Positions 16,441 to 38,147 of a stretch of DNA of 64,000 nucleotides are shown one piece after another (the first letter of the stretch is position 1; each line of letters begins with the position of its first letter). The notes beneath the pieces are model-generated. The model did no database searches, was not told where the DNA came from, and worked only from the letters and a program-made list of their open reading frames with translations. This DNA is from the human T2T-CHM13v2.0 reference genome, Homo sapiens: the NCBI RefSeq assembly GCF_009914755.1, contig NC_060931.1, one strand, 5' to 3'. A program made the translations under genes and the position numbers.

Positions 16441-16760
16441 TTGTTTTTTTTAAGAGGAAAGGTTGATGTGAAATGTGACTACTCCTTGGCTGGAACCCCT
16501 TGCATGCTCTTGTACCTTGGGAGCTGAATGCTGTTGCACTGCATTACTTTAATTGAGCCCTTGGTGCTTTCTTTTGGTTCTTTGACCTCCTCACAGCCAC
16601 CTCATTCTCACATTCCTCTCAACAATTATTTTAAACCTTTTCATCAATTCTCCACTTAAATCCTATCCTCATTCTTCTCAGATGATCTTACTTCTTATTT
16701 TACTGAAAAACTTGAGATCATGTTATGTGCTTTTCATCAAATTTGAGCACTTACAAATTA

Positions 16761-16994
16761 CAGTCATCCCTCAGTATACACAGGGAATTGGTTTCGGGAC
16801 CCCCACATATGCCAAAATCTGCGCAAAGTCCCACTGTGAGTATTGTGGAACCTGCTAATACGAAAAGTGGACCTTTTATATATGCAGGCTTTATGTCTTA
16901 TTAATAGTGTATTTTTCCATCCATGTTTGGTTGAAAAAAATCTGCATGTTAGTGGGCCAACACAGTTCAAATCTACATTGTTCAAGGGACTACA
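16761..16994 (-). mobile_element. MER8-like Tigger MITE
   Basis: cagtcatccctcagtatac...gttcaaatctacattgttcaaggg termini. Confidence 0.75.
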
Positions 16995-17089
16995 TTATCT
17001 GTTTACCCAGTATTCTATCTTTGCCTCCTATTTCAGAGAATTAAAGTGCTCCTTCCCCAGTGCAAGTAATTCAGTACCGTAACATACAA

Positions 17090-17271
17090 TATGGGGTTGT
17101 AACCTTGGAGCGGTAGGCTACACTGTATAGCCTAGGTGTGTGGTAGGATATATCATCTAGGTTTGTGTAAGTACATTTGTTATGATGTTCACACAAGGAT
17201 GAAATTGCCTCATGATGCATTTCTGAGAATATATTCCTGTTATGTATTCCTGCTGTTAAACAGCACGACTG
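17090..17271 (+). mobile_element. Tigger3 fragment
   Basis: tatagcctaggtgtgtggtagg...ctaggtttgtgtaagtaca...gatgcatttctgagaa. Confidence 0.75.
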
Positions 17272-17802
17272 TTGTTTTGTCAGTTACTGAGAGTTGAAGT
17301 CCCTGGCTATAATTGTAGACTTGCCTATTTCTCCTTTCAACTCTATCTTGTGGTTTAAGGTCATCTTGTATAATATGTACATATTTAGGATTGTTATGTC
17401 CTCTTAGTAGATTGATACTTTTATCATTATGTAATATCCTTCTTTTTCTGTAGTAATTTTCTTTGCTCTAATGTCTACTTTGTCTGATATTACAGCCATT
17501 CTTGTGTTTCAACATTAATGTTTGCATGGTATATCTTCTGCCATCCGTTTACTCCAAAGGTACCTACATTGTTGAATTTGGAGTAAGTTTCTTGTAAATA
17601 ACATATAGTTGCATTGTTTTTTATTTACTCTTGCTGATCTCTGTCTTTTAATTGGGGTTTTTAGGCCATTTACATTTAGGGTAATTATTGATATTTTAGG
17701 GCTTAAATCTACCATTGTATTACTGGTTTTGTTTGTTTCTTGTTTCTTTTTCTTTTTTTCCCTTCCTGTGCATTACTTGAAAAAATTTTAAGAGTCCATC
17801 TT

Positions 17803-18127
17803 TTTATATATATATATATAGAATATATATAATAGATATAAAATATATATATTATATATATAAAAATATATAATATATATAAAATAGATATTATATATAA
17901 AATAGATATTATATATAAAATAGATATATATAAAATAGATATATATATAAAATAGATATATATAATATATAATATATAAATATATAAATATGTACATATA
18001 TTTGTATATAAATATGTATAAATATATATTTGTATATAAATATGTATAAATATATATTATATATAAATATGTATAATATATATTTATATATAAATATACA
18101 TAAAATATATGTATATATGTGTGTGTG

Positions 18128-18157
<30 letters not shown>
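17803..18157. repeat. Compound AT-rich microsatellite/minisatellite ending in (CA)n
   Basis: (TA)-rich tract with repeated tatataaaatagatat units, then (TG)/(CA) runs. Confidence 0.95.
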
Positions 18158-18158
<1 letters not shown>

Positions 18159-18937
18159 CTACATGATGTCTTATTTTTTTTAAACAACACCTGTACTCCA
18201 GATAAATATGGTCAAAATAAATGAAAAACTCAAGATGACATTATTCCCATTTGTCTAAAGGCCGGGTGTTGTGTAGATGATAAGCACCTGCCATTTATGA
18301 TGACAGGTGATAGATCCAAAGTAATTGCCAGATTCGTTAATTTTTTTCCATTTCTAAATCATCCATAAAGAAAATCACATATAGGGTCACATCATCCTTA
18401 CAGTAGTTTAGCAGAGCAACTGTGCCATCTAGATTGATGTTTTCACCAGTAAAGGACTGGTAGTTTTTGAAATTAGCAAGTATGTGCTTGATTTGTTCTG
18501 CAGCTTCTGCCATAAAAGGTTTTACTCTTTCTGGTCTTCATTCTTCAAGTTTGCCTTTGATTGATTTAATGTAATCTTTCATATACATCTTGTAGGCTTC
18601 TTTTATGAAGCCAGCTTGCTGCAAGTGATGGTTCATGACAATATCAATACCAGTGATTACTGTGCTTTCAGTACCTTCACCCTTGGGTCCTTCAGTAGAG
18701 GCATTTCCACCAATGAGCAAGTCATCAATATTACCCTATGTCTTACTGACCATCTTCCTCTCCCCCTCCAGGCACAGCCTGTTTGCAGTATCTCAGATCT
18801 TGTAATTGTCAGAGATAATCATGATGGTGGCTGGAGGTAGATGATAGCAGTGCTCGCTTATAGCAGAAGCCTGGAGCTTGGAGCAAGTATGGTGCAGTTG
18901 GAAAGGCACTCCAGGGAATAGGAAGCATCCAGAAAAG
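18158..18937 (-). pseudogene. Processed pseudogene of TPT1 (TCTP); CDS remnant 18822..18337
   Basis: Intronless; [33 protein letters not shown]...[13 protein letters not shown] matches TCTP; 5'UTR and 3'UTR recognisable; several in-frame stops. Confidence 0.95.
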
Positions 18938-19710
18938 TATATTGTGTTTTTGAGTGTATTGCCTCTTACAGTTTTCCTAGTGGTTGGTTTGGGTATTACA
19001 ATATACATATGTGGCTTATTACATTCTAGTGATGTCAGCATTTCACCATTTTGAGTGAAGTATAGAAACCTCACTTCCTTTGAGGTTCCTTTATTCTCCC
19101 CACTTTTAAATATCATTGTCTTGAGTATCAGATGGTGGTGTAATTTTGGTTTGGATCATCATATATGATTAGAAAACTCATGATGAGAAGGATAGTCTGT
19201 GGTATTAGTCATATTTCTGTTTTTTTCCATTGTTATTTCTTCCTTCCTGATGCTCCAAGACTCCTTTAAAAAATTATTTTCTTTTTGTTTGAAGTACTTC
19301 CTTTAGCCACTCTTTAAGATTGTGTCTAGTGACAAATTCCTTTCGTTTTCCCTTATTTGAGAACATCTTGATTTCACTTTCATTACTGATGGATAGTTTT
19401 ACTGGACATAGAATTTGTGGTGGTTGAGAGTTATTTTCTTTTAAAAGTTGAAAAATGTGCTACTTCCTTCGGTCTCCATAATTTCATATGATAAACGTTT
19501 ATCATACAAGGTAGTATTTCTTATAGGTAGTGTTTTATTTCTCTGTGGTTGCTTTCAAGATTTTTTCTTTGTCTTTAGTTTTCCCAAACATCTTTTTTCA
19601 TTCCTTTCCTTTTTTTTTTTTTTTTTAAGATTTTTTTCTATTTGGGGTTTGCACATCTTCTTTAATCTTCTTCAAAATTTGGGAACTTTTCAACCATTAT
19701 TTTCTTAAAC

Positions 19711-20160
19711 TTTTTTTTATTAAATTTCTCTAGATTTAGGGAGAACAAGTGCAGTTTTGTTACACAGGTATATTGTTTAATGGTGAAGTCTGGGCTTTTA
19801 GTGTAATTTTGAACAGTGTACATTGTACTCATTAAGTAATTTCTCATACCCCACCCCTTTCCCACCCTCCCACCTTTTCGAATCTTCAGTGACTTTTATT
19901 CGACATTCTGTGTCCATATGCACATTTTATTTAGCTCCTACTTATAAGTGAGAAAATGCAGTATTGGGCTTTCTGATTTTGAGTTGTTTCACTTAAGATA
20001 ATGGCTTCTGATTCCATCCATGTTGCTGCAAAAGATATGATTTTATTCTTTTTTATTGCTGAATATTCTGTTGTATGCATGTGTGTGTACATATGTATGT
20101 ATGTGTATATGTGTACTCACACACATACATACACACCACCGTTTCTTTACTCACTCATCT
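19711..20160 (-). mobile_element. L1PB/L1MA 3' end fragment
   Basis: acaagtgcagttttgttac, tttagctcctacttataagtgagaa, ttccatccatgttgctgcaaaaga. Confidence 0.8.
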
Positions 20161-22349
20161 GTAGTCACTATTTTAAAATACTCCTTTAGCCCCATTATTT
20201 TTTTCCTTTTCTTCTGAGACTCTGAAAGTTGGATCTTTTGTTATTGTCTCACAGGTCCTTGAGGCTCTCTGTTCTTTTTTTTTATTTTTTTTTTTTTGTC
20301 TGTTTTCTCTCTGATCAGGCTGAGCAGATTGTATTGATCTGTTCTGAAGTTCACTGATTTTGTCTTCTGTCATTTCTGTCATTTCAATTTATCCCATCCA
20401 GTTTTAAGATTTTGGTTATTGTACTTTGTAGTTCTGTAACTTTCATGTGATTCTTTTTAATAACTTTTTTCTTTGCTGAAATTTCTTTTTATTTACCTTA
20501 GAGAAATTATAATTGTTCGTTGAAGCATTTTATGACCATTGCTTGAAAGTTCTTGTCAGATAATTATGTGATTCATTGTGGTGTTGATTGCAGTTTCTCG
20601 TTGAAGTTGTGGTTTTCCTGGTACTTTGTATGACAAGTGATTTTTAATTTTATCTTGGACATTTTGGATACTATTTTAATAGATTCTGGGTCCTACTGAA
20701 AATTTTATTTTAGCAGGCAGTCACCTTGTTTAGGTTTAAACAGAGGTCCTGGACTACTTTTTGAACTGTGGTTTTAACGACAATCTAATTTTCAGAAACT
20801 TTTCAGTTATATTTTGATCTGCTTGAGTTGTTGCGTGCTGCTGGGCCTCCAGTGGTCCCTGCTGATGGTGTTTGAGGGAATGAAAGGAACTTTTCAAGGC
20901 TGAACTGCCTGGTGCTTCTAAGTATGGGAATGGAGACCCTGGTCTATGGGATGAAGCTTCTTGAGCTGGGTGCTAGTTGTGGCAGGATCTCTCCTTTCCT
21001 ATGACCGATGCAGAATACCTCCAGAACCATCCCTTGTTATGGTGGGATCCCCCTACTTATGGGTGTCAGAGTGTATTTACTGGACCAGCTGCTTGTGGTG
21101 TGGTTTTCCTTTGTTGGTGCCTGTGGCCTCGTTGGTGTCTCAGGTGGTGCTGCTGCTGAGGATGGTGAATGCTTCCCCTGGCTGCTTATTGACAGGGAGG
21201 TTTCCAGTTGAACCTTCTTGCTGTTTCTTCTGGCCTCACATGGTGGTGTTGATGGCAATCCTATTAAATTCAAGAGAAGAATGAATCTACCTGGGCTGCT
21301 TTCTGTTGCAGGCTTAGGAGTTGGGAAACATCAGATCTGGCTCACTTTTTTTTTTTTTTTTTTTTTTTTTCAGTTGGGAGGGTTATAAGACAACCTGTTA
21401 CTATGTTGTTCCTCTAGTCCTGGGGTCTTCAACTAGTTTTTCTTCCTTTTTTAAACCTTTCAGTGTTTTCCTTTGGTTATATTTTATGGTATTTTCAGGT
21501 TTTATAATTGTACTTAATGGAGAGGAACAGGAAGAGACCAAAAGCCCTTTTGCTCATTTTTTAATTGCAATGGGTGGAACTTATTTGGATCTGGATTTAA
21601 ATAAACTAAAAAAGTAAACTAATTTGATATGAGATTACTCAAATTTTGAAAGCTAGGTATTTTGTATAAAAGTATTTTTCCTATAATGATATGATTGTGT
21701 AAAAATAAAAGACTGTCTCTTAGAGATATGTACTAAGATATTTATAGGTGAAATTATGAAATACATAGGATTTGCCTCAAAGATAATATATATGCGTTTG
21801 TTCATAGGGTAAGAGTGGTCATTGGCTGATGGTTGTTAGGGCTAGGGGATGAATATGTGGGACTCAGAATACCTTTGTGTATGTAAAAAATTCTCCATGT
21901 TTTTAAATTAAATTTAATTAATTTATTTTTTGCATCCCCCTGATTTCTGAAGTTTTTTTTTAAGTTTAGCTTATATTTCTTGAACAAAGTTTAGATATTA
22001 TGGTAGAAAGAAACTTGCCTGATTTATTTTCTTTGTACCTAATTTTTGAGTATTGGTGAGGCTAACATAATATAGGCTACCAAGTTCTAACACGTTTTCT
22101 TATAAGGTGAGGAAATATTAAAGTGTTTATAGTGTGTACATCCCCTCTGATCGGTACTTTAGGAGCCCCAGGAACCATTTGGTTGCTTGTAATTACAATG
22201 AAAGTGCTTTTACCCTGTAAGAGAGTTAATGTGCTTTCTTTAAGTAAGCTCTTTTCTAGTCACCAGGATCTGAAGTTCCAGAGTTGACTCTTCTATAGAT
22301 TGGTGTATTAATACATTGGACATTTATTCATTCTTACTTTCTTTCACAG

Positions 22350-22418
22350 CTTTCTGTTCAAAATCAGGAGTTTGAGATAAATAAAGATGGAATCCCCAAA
22401 GTGGATCAGTTTCATCTG
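22350..22418 (+). CDS. STK31: STK31 penultimate coding exon (LSVQNQEFEINKDGIPKVDQFHL), phase 0/0
   Basis: Polypyrimidine tract + cag acceptor, 69-nt open frame, CTG|gtatgt donor; joins in frame to the 39365 exon; peptide recalled as STK31 C-terminal region. Confidence 0.88.
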
Positions 22419-22921
22419 GTATGTGACCTTTTTGACATTTACTGGTTTGAAACACATGCAGTAATATAAACTTAGATATCTGACTGAAAGTTGTCCTCCA
22501 GTTTTTCTAAGAATCCAAATTAACATTTGCAATAAATGAAGTATTGAAAAAAATTCAGGTGCCCTACTTAACACCACTTAATTAATACACCAGGGTTACT
22601 CTGCTGGGTTGTTTGTCACACAGATTATATAAATAATCTAACAATTAGGGAAGAATATTGTTTACTATGTGTTTCAAGATCATATTATAGTAAAATGATG
22701 TTTTATTATAACTTAGTTTTTTGTAAGTACCTAACTATATCTTTGTCATTCACGTATGTATTCAGCCAACATATTTTGAGTAGCTATTTCTGTGATAGGA
22801 ATTGAACCAGGTGCTAGGATTACAAGGATTGTGGCATTGAGAATGAAATGAATAATTTAGAAATGTGAACAAGTAAGTGATTAACATCTATAAGTTGAGT
22901 AATTAGCAAGTACTTTGGGGG

Positions 22922-23032
22922 TACTCCATTTACCCTGATTTGATTATTACACATCATATGCTTGTATTAAAATATCTCATGTACTTCATAAGTATGCCCA
23001 TAAAGATTTAAAAATAATGAAGCCCCTAAAAA
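22922..23032 (+). mobile_element. Very short L1MA 3' tip
   Basis: ccatttaccctgatttgattattacacat...; flanked by aagtactt(t)ggggg duplication. Confidence 0.75.
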
Positions 23033-23574
23033 AAGTACTTGGGGGGAAGCTGATTTTTAGTTCTGCAAAGAAAGGGGGAATTCAGTATGACTAGATATAA
23101 AGAGGATAAATATGGCAGTAAATGAGTCTATAAGAGTATAATGATCAGACTCTGGAAGTTCTTAGCTATTTTGAGTTAAGATTACAATGAAAGAGTACAT
23201 ATAATTTTGTTAAACTCAGTAGTTCCTTATTTGACCACACAAATATTGTATAATACCTTCTAATGTCCCACGAAATCATTTTAAAAAAACATACCTTAGA
23301 AATGATATTAAGGAGCTTTGCCACACTTCTTGGGTAGCAGTAAAAAGCATTTCAGACAACTTTTGTGAGATTATAAAACTTTGTGTTACACTTCCTGATT
23401 ATCTCTGTGGAAGGGGATAACAAAGAAGGTTGACTATGGTTTACAGTTTTGAAAAGGCTATGATAAAAATTTATTGCTATTAGATAGAAAAATACCAGAA
23501 ATTCTGTATTAGAGGTTACAACTTCACCAAAAGTGCACATCCAGAACCCTTGCTTTCAGGTTTGATAGAAAAAT

Positions 23575-24440
<866 letters not shown>

Positions 24441-25756
24441 TCATGCCTTGCTAGGCATGCAGCTAGGTATATGTATAATGAAAGTAAATGTAAATACACA
24501 GTCCCCGTTTAATGTGGGTAGCTACTCATGGATTCAAGGATTGTGGCATTGAAAATGAGATTAATAATTTAGAAATTTGAACAAGTAAGCAAGATTTATA
24601 AATTGAGTAATAAGCAAGTTCAAATTATAAAAATCTTGGCTTGTATAGTATTTGCTTCTGTGATCTGAGTCAGTTATTAGTGCTGGGAATGGAATTACCT
24701 TTACCTACATTTTGTGTTCACACATAGCTGCAAAACAAGTCAAGGCTCTGTAGTCAGCACCTTACAGATACCATACCACAAATGGAGAAGAATATAAATG
24801 TATGGAACCATGTAGTTGAGAGAGTTATTAGAGGATAATTAATACACCCTTCTCATCCTTCAGAATCCCTCCAGTAATATCCCCAAGAGATGGCCTTCAG
24901 CCTCTGCTTAAGTAGAGTAATGCTGATTTTGGTAGTTTGTGTCTAAAAGTTGGTCCATTCCATTTAAGTTATCTAGCTTGTTGGCATACAGTTGTACATA
25001 TTTTCTTTATAATTATTTTTATTTCTCTAAGTTCAGTAGTGTCCCCTTTTTCATTTCAGATTCTGGCAGTTTCAGTCTTCTCTCTTTTTTTTCTTCGTTA
25101 GTCCAAATAAGTTTAAATACCTAGCTTTTGGTTTTATTAATTTTTCTGTATTGTTTTTCTGTTGTCTATTTTCTTACTTTCTAATCTTTATTATTTCTAT
25201 CCTTCTGCTTGCTTTAGATTTAGTTTACAACATATATTACACAGTTATCACACCTTATAAAATTAACAAATTGTAATATTATATTTAAATTTCCCTAATT
25301 GTCTTAAATATATTTTTAAATGGTTGCTTTTTTGAAATTAGCATATCAACAAGATCTACCTGTATTGGGTTAATATATCTCTTAATCTCTGTTGAGCTAT
25401 AAAGTTCCCCCACAACTCTTTTTCTCCATGCCATGTATTATGTGAAAAAAATGATTTCATTTTCCATACTTTGGAGTTGGCTGATTGCATCCTTATGGTA
25501 TTATTTCATAGTTCTCTTTTCCCCAGTTGAAAAAAGTGGTAGATACAGAGGTTAATTAAATTTACATTCAGTTTTTACAGGCAGTATATTTTATATTATT
25601 GTGTCATATGAGGGGGATCATTTGGTGTTTGATTGTCACAGTAAGATTGATCAGTGTGTTCAGGCAGAAAATTTTGTATGTACAGGGGTATATTTTTAGT
25701 TTTTCTATCCCATTGGTTTGTTTATTCATATCCCAGTGCCTCACTCATTTAACTAA

Positions 25757-26193
<437 letters not shown>

Positions 26194-26624
26194 TAATTAA
26201 CTTGTTTGGTCTCAAGGAAAAAAATTATATTTTTATTGGATTAATGTAAACTTTTTAAGTCAACTTAGGGAAAATTGTCCCATTCGTTATGAGAGTCATT
26301 TTTGTTGAAGACCATAATAAGACTTTTGTTCCTGATCTACTTTTGTGGTTTTCAGGAGCATGTGTTATTTTTTCTCATTTGGATTTTGTAATATTTAATT
26401 GTTTGCACCTAGGGAAGATAATTATCTTTAAATGTTCTTAAAAACATATTCTGTAGAGTACAGACATTGGCATTCATTCATTTATCAAATATTTACTGAA
26501 TGTCTGCTATATTCAGATACTGTTTTTTGCTACTTTCTGGAGATGAAGTGACAAACTAAAATTTCAAATCTTAAGGATCTTAGAGTGTAATGCAGACACT
26601 AGCAGTAAACAGATGATTTCTTTC

Positions 26625-26894
26625 CTTTTTTTTTTTTTTGAGACAGTCTTGCTTGGTTGCCAAGGCTGAAGTGCAGGGGCACGATCTCAGCCACTGCAAC
26701 CTCTGCCTCCCAGGTTCAAGCGATTCTCCTGCCTCAGCAGCTTGAGTAGCTGGGATTACTGGCATGCGCCACCATGCCCAGCTAATTTTTGTATTTTTGG
26801 TAGAGACAGAGTTTTGCCATGTTGGCCAGGCTGATCTTAAACTCCTGGCCTCAATGATCCACTTGCCTTGGCCTCCCAAAGTGCCTGCCTGACC
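26625..26894 (-). mobile_element. AluS with short deletion near 5' end
   Basis: T tail, Alu body, TSD agcagt(t)aaacagat. Confidence 0.9.
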
Positions 26895-27402
26895 AGCAGT
26901 TAAACAGATTATTTTTATTCAGTCTGATATGTGCTTTGGTTGGAGTAATCATAAGAGGCAAATAAAAGGTATACTAAGGTGTCTCTGCAGGTGGAAATAA
27001 TGGAATAGCAACATTACAGGATCATTTACATGTTCTAATACAAATAATGTCCTTTGAAATGGAGGGATATAATAAATTCTAGCTCCCATAATGATGGTGA
27101 TAATGATAGCAGCAGTAGAGGTGATCCTAGAGAGTGATCACTTAAAAACCAAAACCAGAAATAGTTGACTAGATGAAGAAATTTACCCTTCCAGACAGAG
27201 AAGCTTCAGTGTGACATTTTAATAGTGTCAAATTCTGACCAGTACCTTGTTAAAAGAGGGAGAAGGAAGTAATAAAATTTATTTGTTCGTATTTCACTTG
27301 TTTTTGAGAGATTTCAGCTATGATTTTTTTCCTTTTACACTTTTTCCCCATAATTCAATTCCATTGTTTCAGTATTGGAGGCATTCCATTTCACCAAAAA
27401 GT

Positions 27403-27600
27403 ACAGTCGTCCCTCTGTATACACAGGGGATTGGTACAGATAAAATCTACGCATACCCAAGTCCTACAGTTGGCCCAGTGGAACCTATGCATATGAAAAA
27501 TCAGCCCTTTGTATCTGTGGGTGTTGAGTCCTGAGAATACTGTGTTTTTGATCTGTTTGGTTGCAGATGTGGAAACTGCAGATAGGGAGTGCTGACTGTA
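27403..27600. mobile_element. MER2/MER8-family Tigger element, split by L1MA
   Basis: cagtcgtccctctgtatac terminus; continuation gactgtatttattgaaaaaa at ~39270. Confidence 0.65.
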
Positions 27601-29816
27601 CTTATTTATTTCATATTGATACATAATATTTGTACATATTTATGGGGTATATGTGATATTTTGTAACTTGTATGGAATGTGTTAATGACAGTCGGTATTT
27701 AGGGTATCCATTATCTTATTTATTATTTCTATGTTTTGGGAACATATCAAGTCCTCTCTTCTGGCTATTTTGAAATATTCAATACATTGTTAACTGGAGT
27801 CATCCTACTCTGCTATCAATCACTAGTACTTATTTCTTCTGTCAACCTGGTTGTTTGTACCCATTAAACAACTCTCTTCACCCCCTTCCACCTCACCCAC
27901 ATTCTCTTAGTCTCTGGTATCTGTCATTCAACTCTACCTCTATGAGATCAACTGTTATAGCTCCGACATATGAGTGAGAACATTTGATATTTGTCTTTCT
28001 GTGCCTGGCTTATTTCACTTTACAGAATGACTGTTCCATCCTTGTTGCTGAAAATGACAGAATTTAATTCCTTTTTTATGGTTGAACAGTATTCCACATT
28101 TTCTTTATATTTCTTTAATAGTGTTCCACATTGTCTTTTTCCATTTGTCCATTGATGGACGCTTAGGTTGGAGTCCTTACCTTTGTAATTGTGAATAGTG
28201 CTGCAGTAAACATGGGGGTGCAGGTTTCATATACTGATTTCCTTTTTATTTTGATGAATATCAAATATTTTGACACTTAGGTTGAGTCCTTACCTTTGTA
28301 ATTGTGAATAGTGCTGCAATAAACATGGGGATGCAGGTTTCATATACTGATTTCCTTTTTATTTTGATAACTATCAAGTAGTGGGATTACTGGATTGTAT
28401 GATAGTTCCATTTTTAGTTTTTTGGAAAATATTTGTACTATTTTCCATAGTGGCTATACTAATTTACATTTCCACTAACAATGTATAACAGTTTCCTGTT
28501 CTCCACATCTTTGTGGAGATTTTTCAAAATAGTATTTGGCTATTTTTTGTCATTTTTTAAAATAGTGACATTCTAGCTGATGTAAAATGATACTTCATTG
28601 TGGTTTTGATTTGCATTTCTCTGATGATTAGTGATGTTGAGCATTTTTCATATACTTATTGGTCATTTGTATGCCTTCTTTTGAGAAATGTCTATTTATG
28701 TCCTTTGCCCACTTTTTAATGGAATTGTTTTCCCTGTCGAGTTTCTTGTATATTCTGGATATTAGTCCTGTGTTGGATGAATAGTTTGCAAATTTTTCCT
28801 TCAATTCAACAAATTGTCTCTTACACTCTGTTGATTATTTCCTTTGCTGTGCAGAAGCATTTTAGTTAAGTATAGTCCCATTTGTCTCTTCTTGTTTTTG
28901 TTGCCTGTGCTTTTGAGGTCTTAGCCATAAAAATCTTTGCCTAGGCCAATGTCATGAAGTGTTTCCCTTATGTTTTCTTCTAGTATTTTTATAGTCTTGG
29001 GTTTTACATTTAAGTCTTTAATCAATCTTGAATTGATTTTTATATATGGTGAGAGGTGAGGGTCTACTCTTACTCTTTTGCGTATGGCTATCCAGTTTTC
29101 CCAGCACCATTTATTGAAGTGGGTGTCTTTTCCCCAGTATATGTTCTTGGTGCCTTTGTGGGAAATTGGTTGGCTGTTTATTTCTGGGGTTTCAATTCTA
29201 TTCTATAGGTGCATATATCTATTTCTATACTAATAAAACGCTGTGTTGGTTACTATAGCCTTGTAAGATATTTTGAAGTCAGTGTGATGCCTCCACCTTT
29301 GTTCTTTTTGCTGATAACTGTTTTGACTATTTGTGCTCTTTTTTAGTTCTACATGAAATTTAGGATTTTTTTCTATTTATGTGAAAAATTACATTGCTAT
29401 TTTGATAGGGATTGCTTTGAATCTGTAGATTTCTTTGGGTAGTATGGGCATTTTAACAATACTAATCTTCTGATCCAGGAGCATGGAGTGTCTTTCCATT
29501 TGTTAGTGTCCTTTTCAGTTTCTTTCATCAGTGTTTTGTAGCTTTCTTTGTAGATATCTTCCACCTCTCTGTTTAAATTTCTTCCTAGGTAATATATTTA
29601 TTTTGTAGCTGTTGTAAATGGGATTACTTTCTTGATGTCTTTCTTAGCTAGTTCATTATTGGTTTATAGAAATGCTACTGATTTTTACATGTTGATTCTA
29701 TATCCTGCGATTTACTATATTAATCAGATCTAAAAGCTTTTTGGTGGAGTCTTTAGGTTTTTCTAGATAGAAGATTATGTCGTCTGCAAAGAGGGACAGT
29801 TTGACTTTTTCTTTTT

Positions 29817-35957
<6,141 letters not shown>

Positions 35958-36092
35958 TGACTTGTTCTTTTTCAATTTGGATTCCTTTTATTTTTCTTGC
36001 CTGATTGTTCTGACTAGGACTTCCAGGACTGTGTTGAAGAGAAGTGGTGAAAGTGGAGATCCTTGTCTTGTTCCAGTTCTTTAGAGGAATGT

Positions 36093-36423
36093 TTTTCTTT
36101 TTCTTTCTTTTTTTTTGTTTTTCTTTTTTTTTGAGATGGAGTTTCGTTCGTGTTGCCCAGCTGGAGTGCAGTGGCGTGATCTCAGCGCGCTGCAACCTCC
36201 ACCTCCTGGGTTCAAGCAGTTCTCTTGCCTCAGCCTTGCCAAGTAGCTGGGATTACAGGCGCCCGCCATGATGCCCAGCAAATTTTTTTTTTTTTTGTAT
36301 TTTTTAGTAGAGACGAGGTTTCACTGTGTTGGTCAGGCTGATCTTGAACTCCTGACCTCACGTGATGTGCCCACCTCGGCCTCCCAAAGTGATGGGATTA
36401 CAGGCGTGAGCCACTGTGTCTCA
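36093..36423 (-). mobile_element. AluSp/Sq-like
   Basis: Full dimer; TSD tagagga(a/t)tg. Confidence 0.9.
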
Positions 36424-37147
36424 CTAGAGGATTGCTTTTCTTTTCCCCATTTAGTAATGATGTTAGCTGTGGCTTTGTTACAGATAGGCTTTATTTTGTT
36501 GAGGTATGTTACTTATATACCTAGTTTGTTGAGAGCTTTTATCATAAAGGGATGTTTTAATCTATGAAATACTTTTTCTGTGTCTATTGAGATCGTTTGC
36601 CATATGGTTTTTGCTCTTTGTTCAGTTGATGTGATGGATCATGTCGCTGATTTGGGTGTGTTGAACCATCCTAGCATCCCTGGGATAAATGCTAATTAAT
36701 CATGGTGTATTATGTTTTTGATGTGCTGTTGGATTCGGATTGGTAGTATTTTGTTGAAAAATTTTGCATCTGTGTTCATCAGGGATACTGGTCTATAGTT
36801 TTTTGTTGTTGTTGTGTCCTTGTCTGGTTTTGGTATCAAGGTAATGGTGGGCTGGGCCTTGTAGAACAAGTTAGGGAGAATTCTCGCCTCTTGAACCTTT
36901 GCAGTAGTTTGAGGATAATTGATGTTAGTTCTTTGAAAGTTCAGTAGAATTCAGCAGTGAAGCTCTGTGGTCCTGGACTTTTCTATGTTGGGAGACTTTC
37001 TCTTACTGACCAAATCCCGTTACTTGTTACTGGTCTGTTCATGTTTTCTATTTCTTACTGATTCAAACCTGGTAGGTTGTATGTGTCCAGGAATTTATAT
37101 ATTTCCTCTAGGTTTTCCAGTTGTTCATGTATAGTTATTCATAATAG

Positions 37148-37333
<186 letters not shown>

Positions 37334-37806
37334 TTATGTTTTGTATTTTTGTGATATCAGGCATAGTGTCTTCTTTTTCATTTCTGATTGTGTTTATTGC
37401 AGCTTTTTTAAAGTTTTAGTACAGCTAGCAGTTTACTGATTTTGTTTATCTTTTAAAAAAATTTTTTTTGTGGATCCTTTGTATTTTTTTTAGTGTATTT
37501 CACTTAGTTCTGCTCCCATCGTTATTCTTCGTTTTCTACTAATATGTATCAGGTCGTTTATTTGTAAACTTACTCCTTTTTTGATAGAAGAATTTATTGC
37601 TATAAACTTCTCTTTTCTCACTGCTTTTGCTATATCTCATCAGTTTTGTTATGTTGCTTTGATTTTCAATTGTTCTAAGACATTTTCTTATTCCCTCTTT
37701 AACTTCTTCCTTGAACCAGTGATTGCTCGAAGACATTTTCTAATTCCCTCTTTAATTTCTTCCTTGACCCAGTGGTCATTCAGCAGCACGTTGTTTAATT
37801 TCCATG

Positions 37807-38147
<341 letters not shown>

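Larger units (their letters stand above)
17280..21530 (-). mobile_element. Old L1M (ORF2 start, ORF1, 5' region), interrupted by TPT1 retrocopy and an L1PB 3' end
   Basis: Minus ORF 17515-17715 ISIITLNVNGLKTPIKRQR = L1 endonuclease N-terminus; ORF1-like 20173-20382. Confidence 0.72.

Noticed and set aside
17788-18224. I/Y-rich ORFs in the track
   Set aside because: Artefacts of the AT microsatellite
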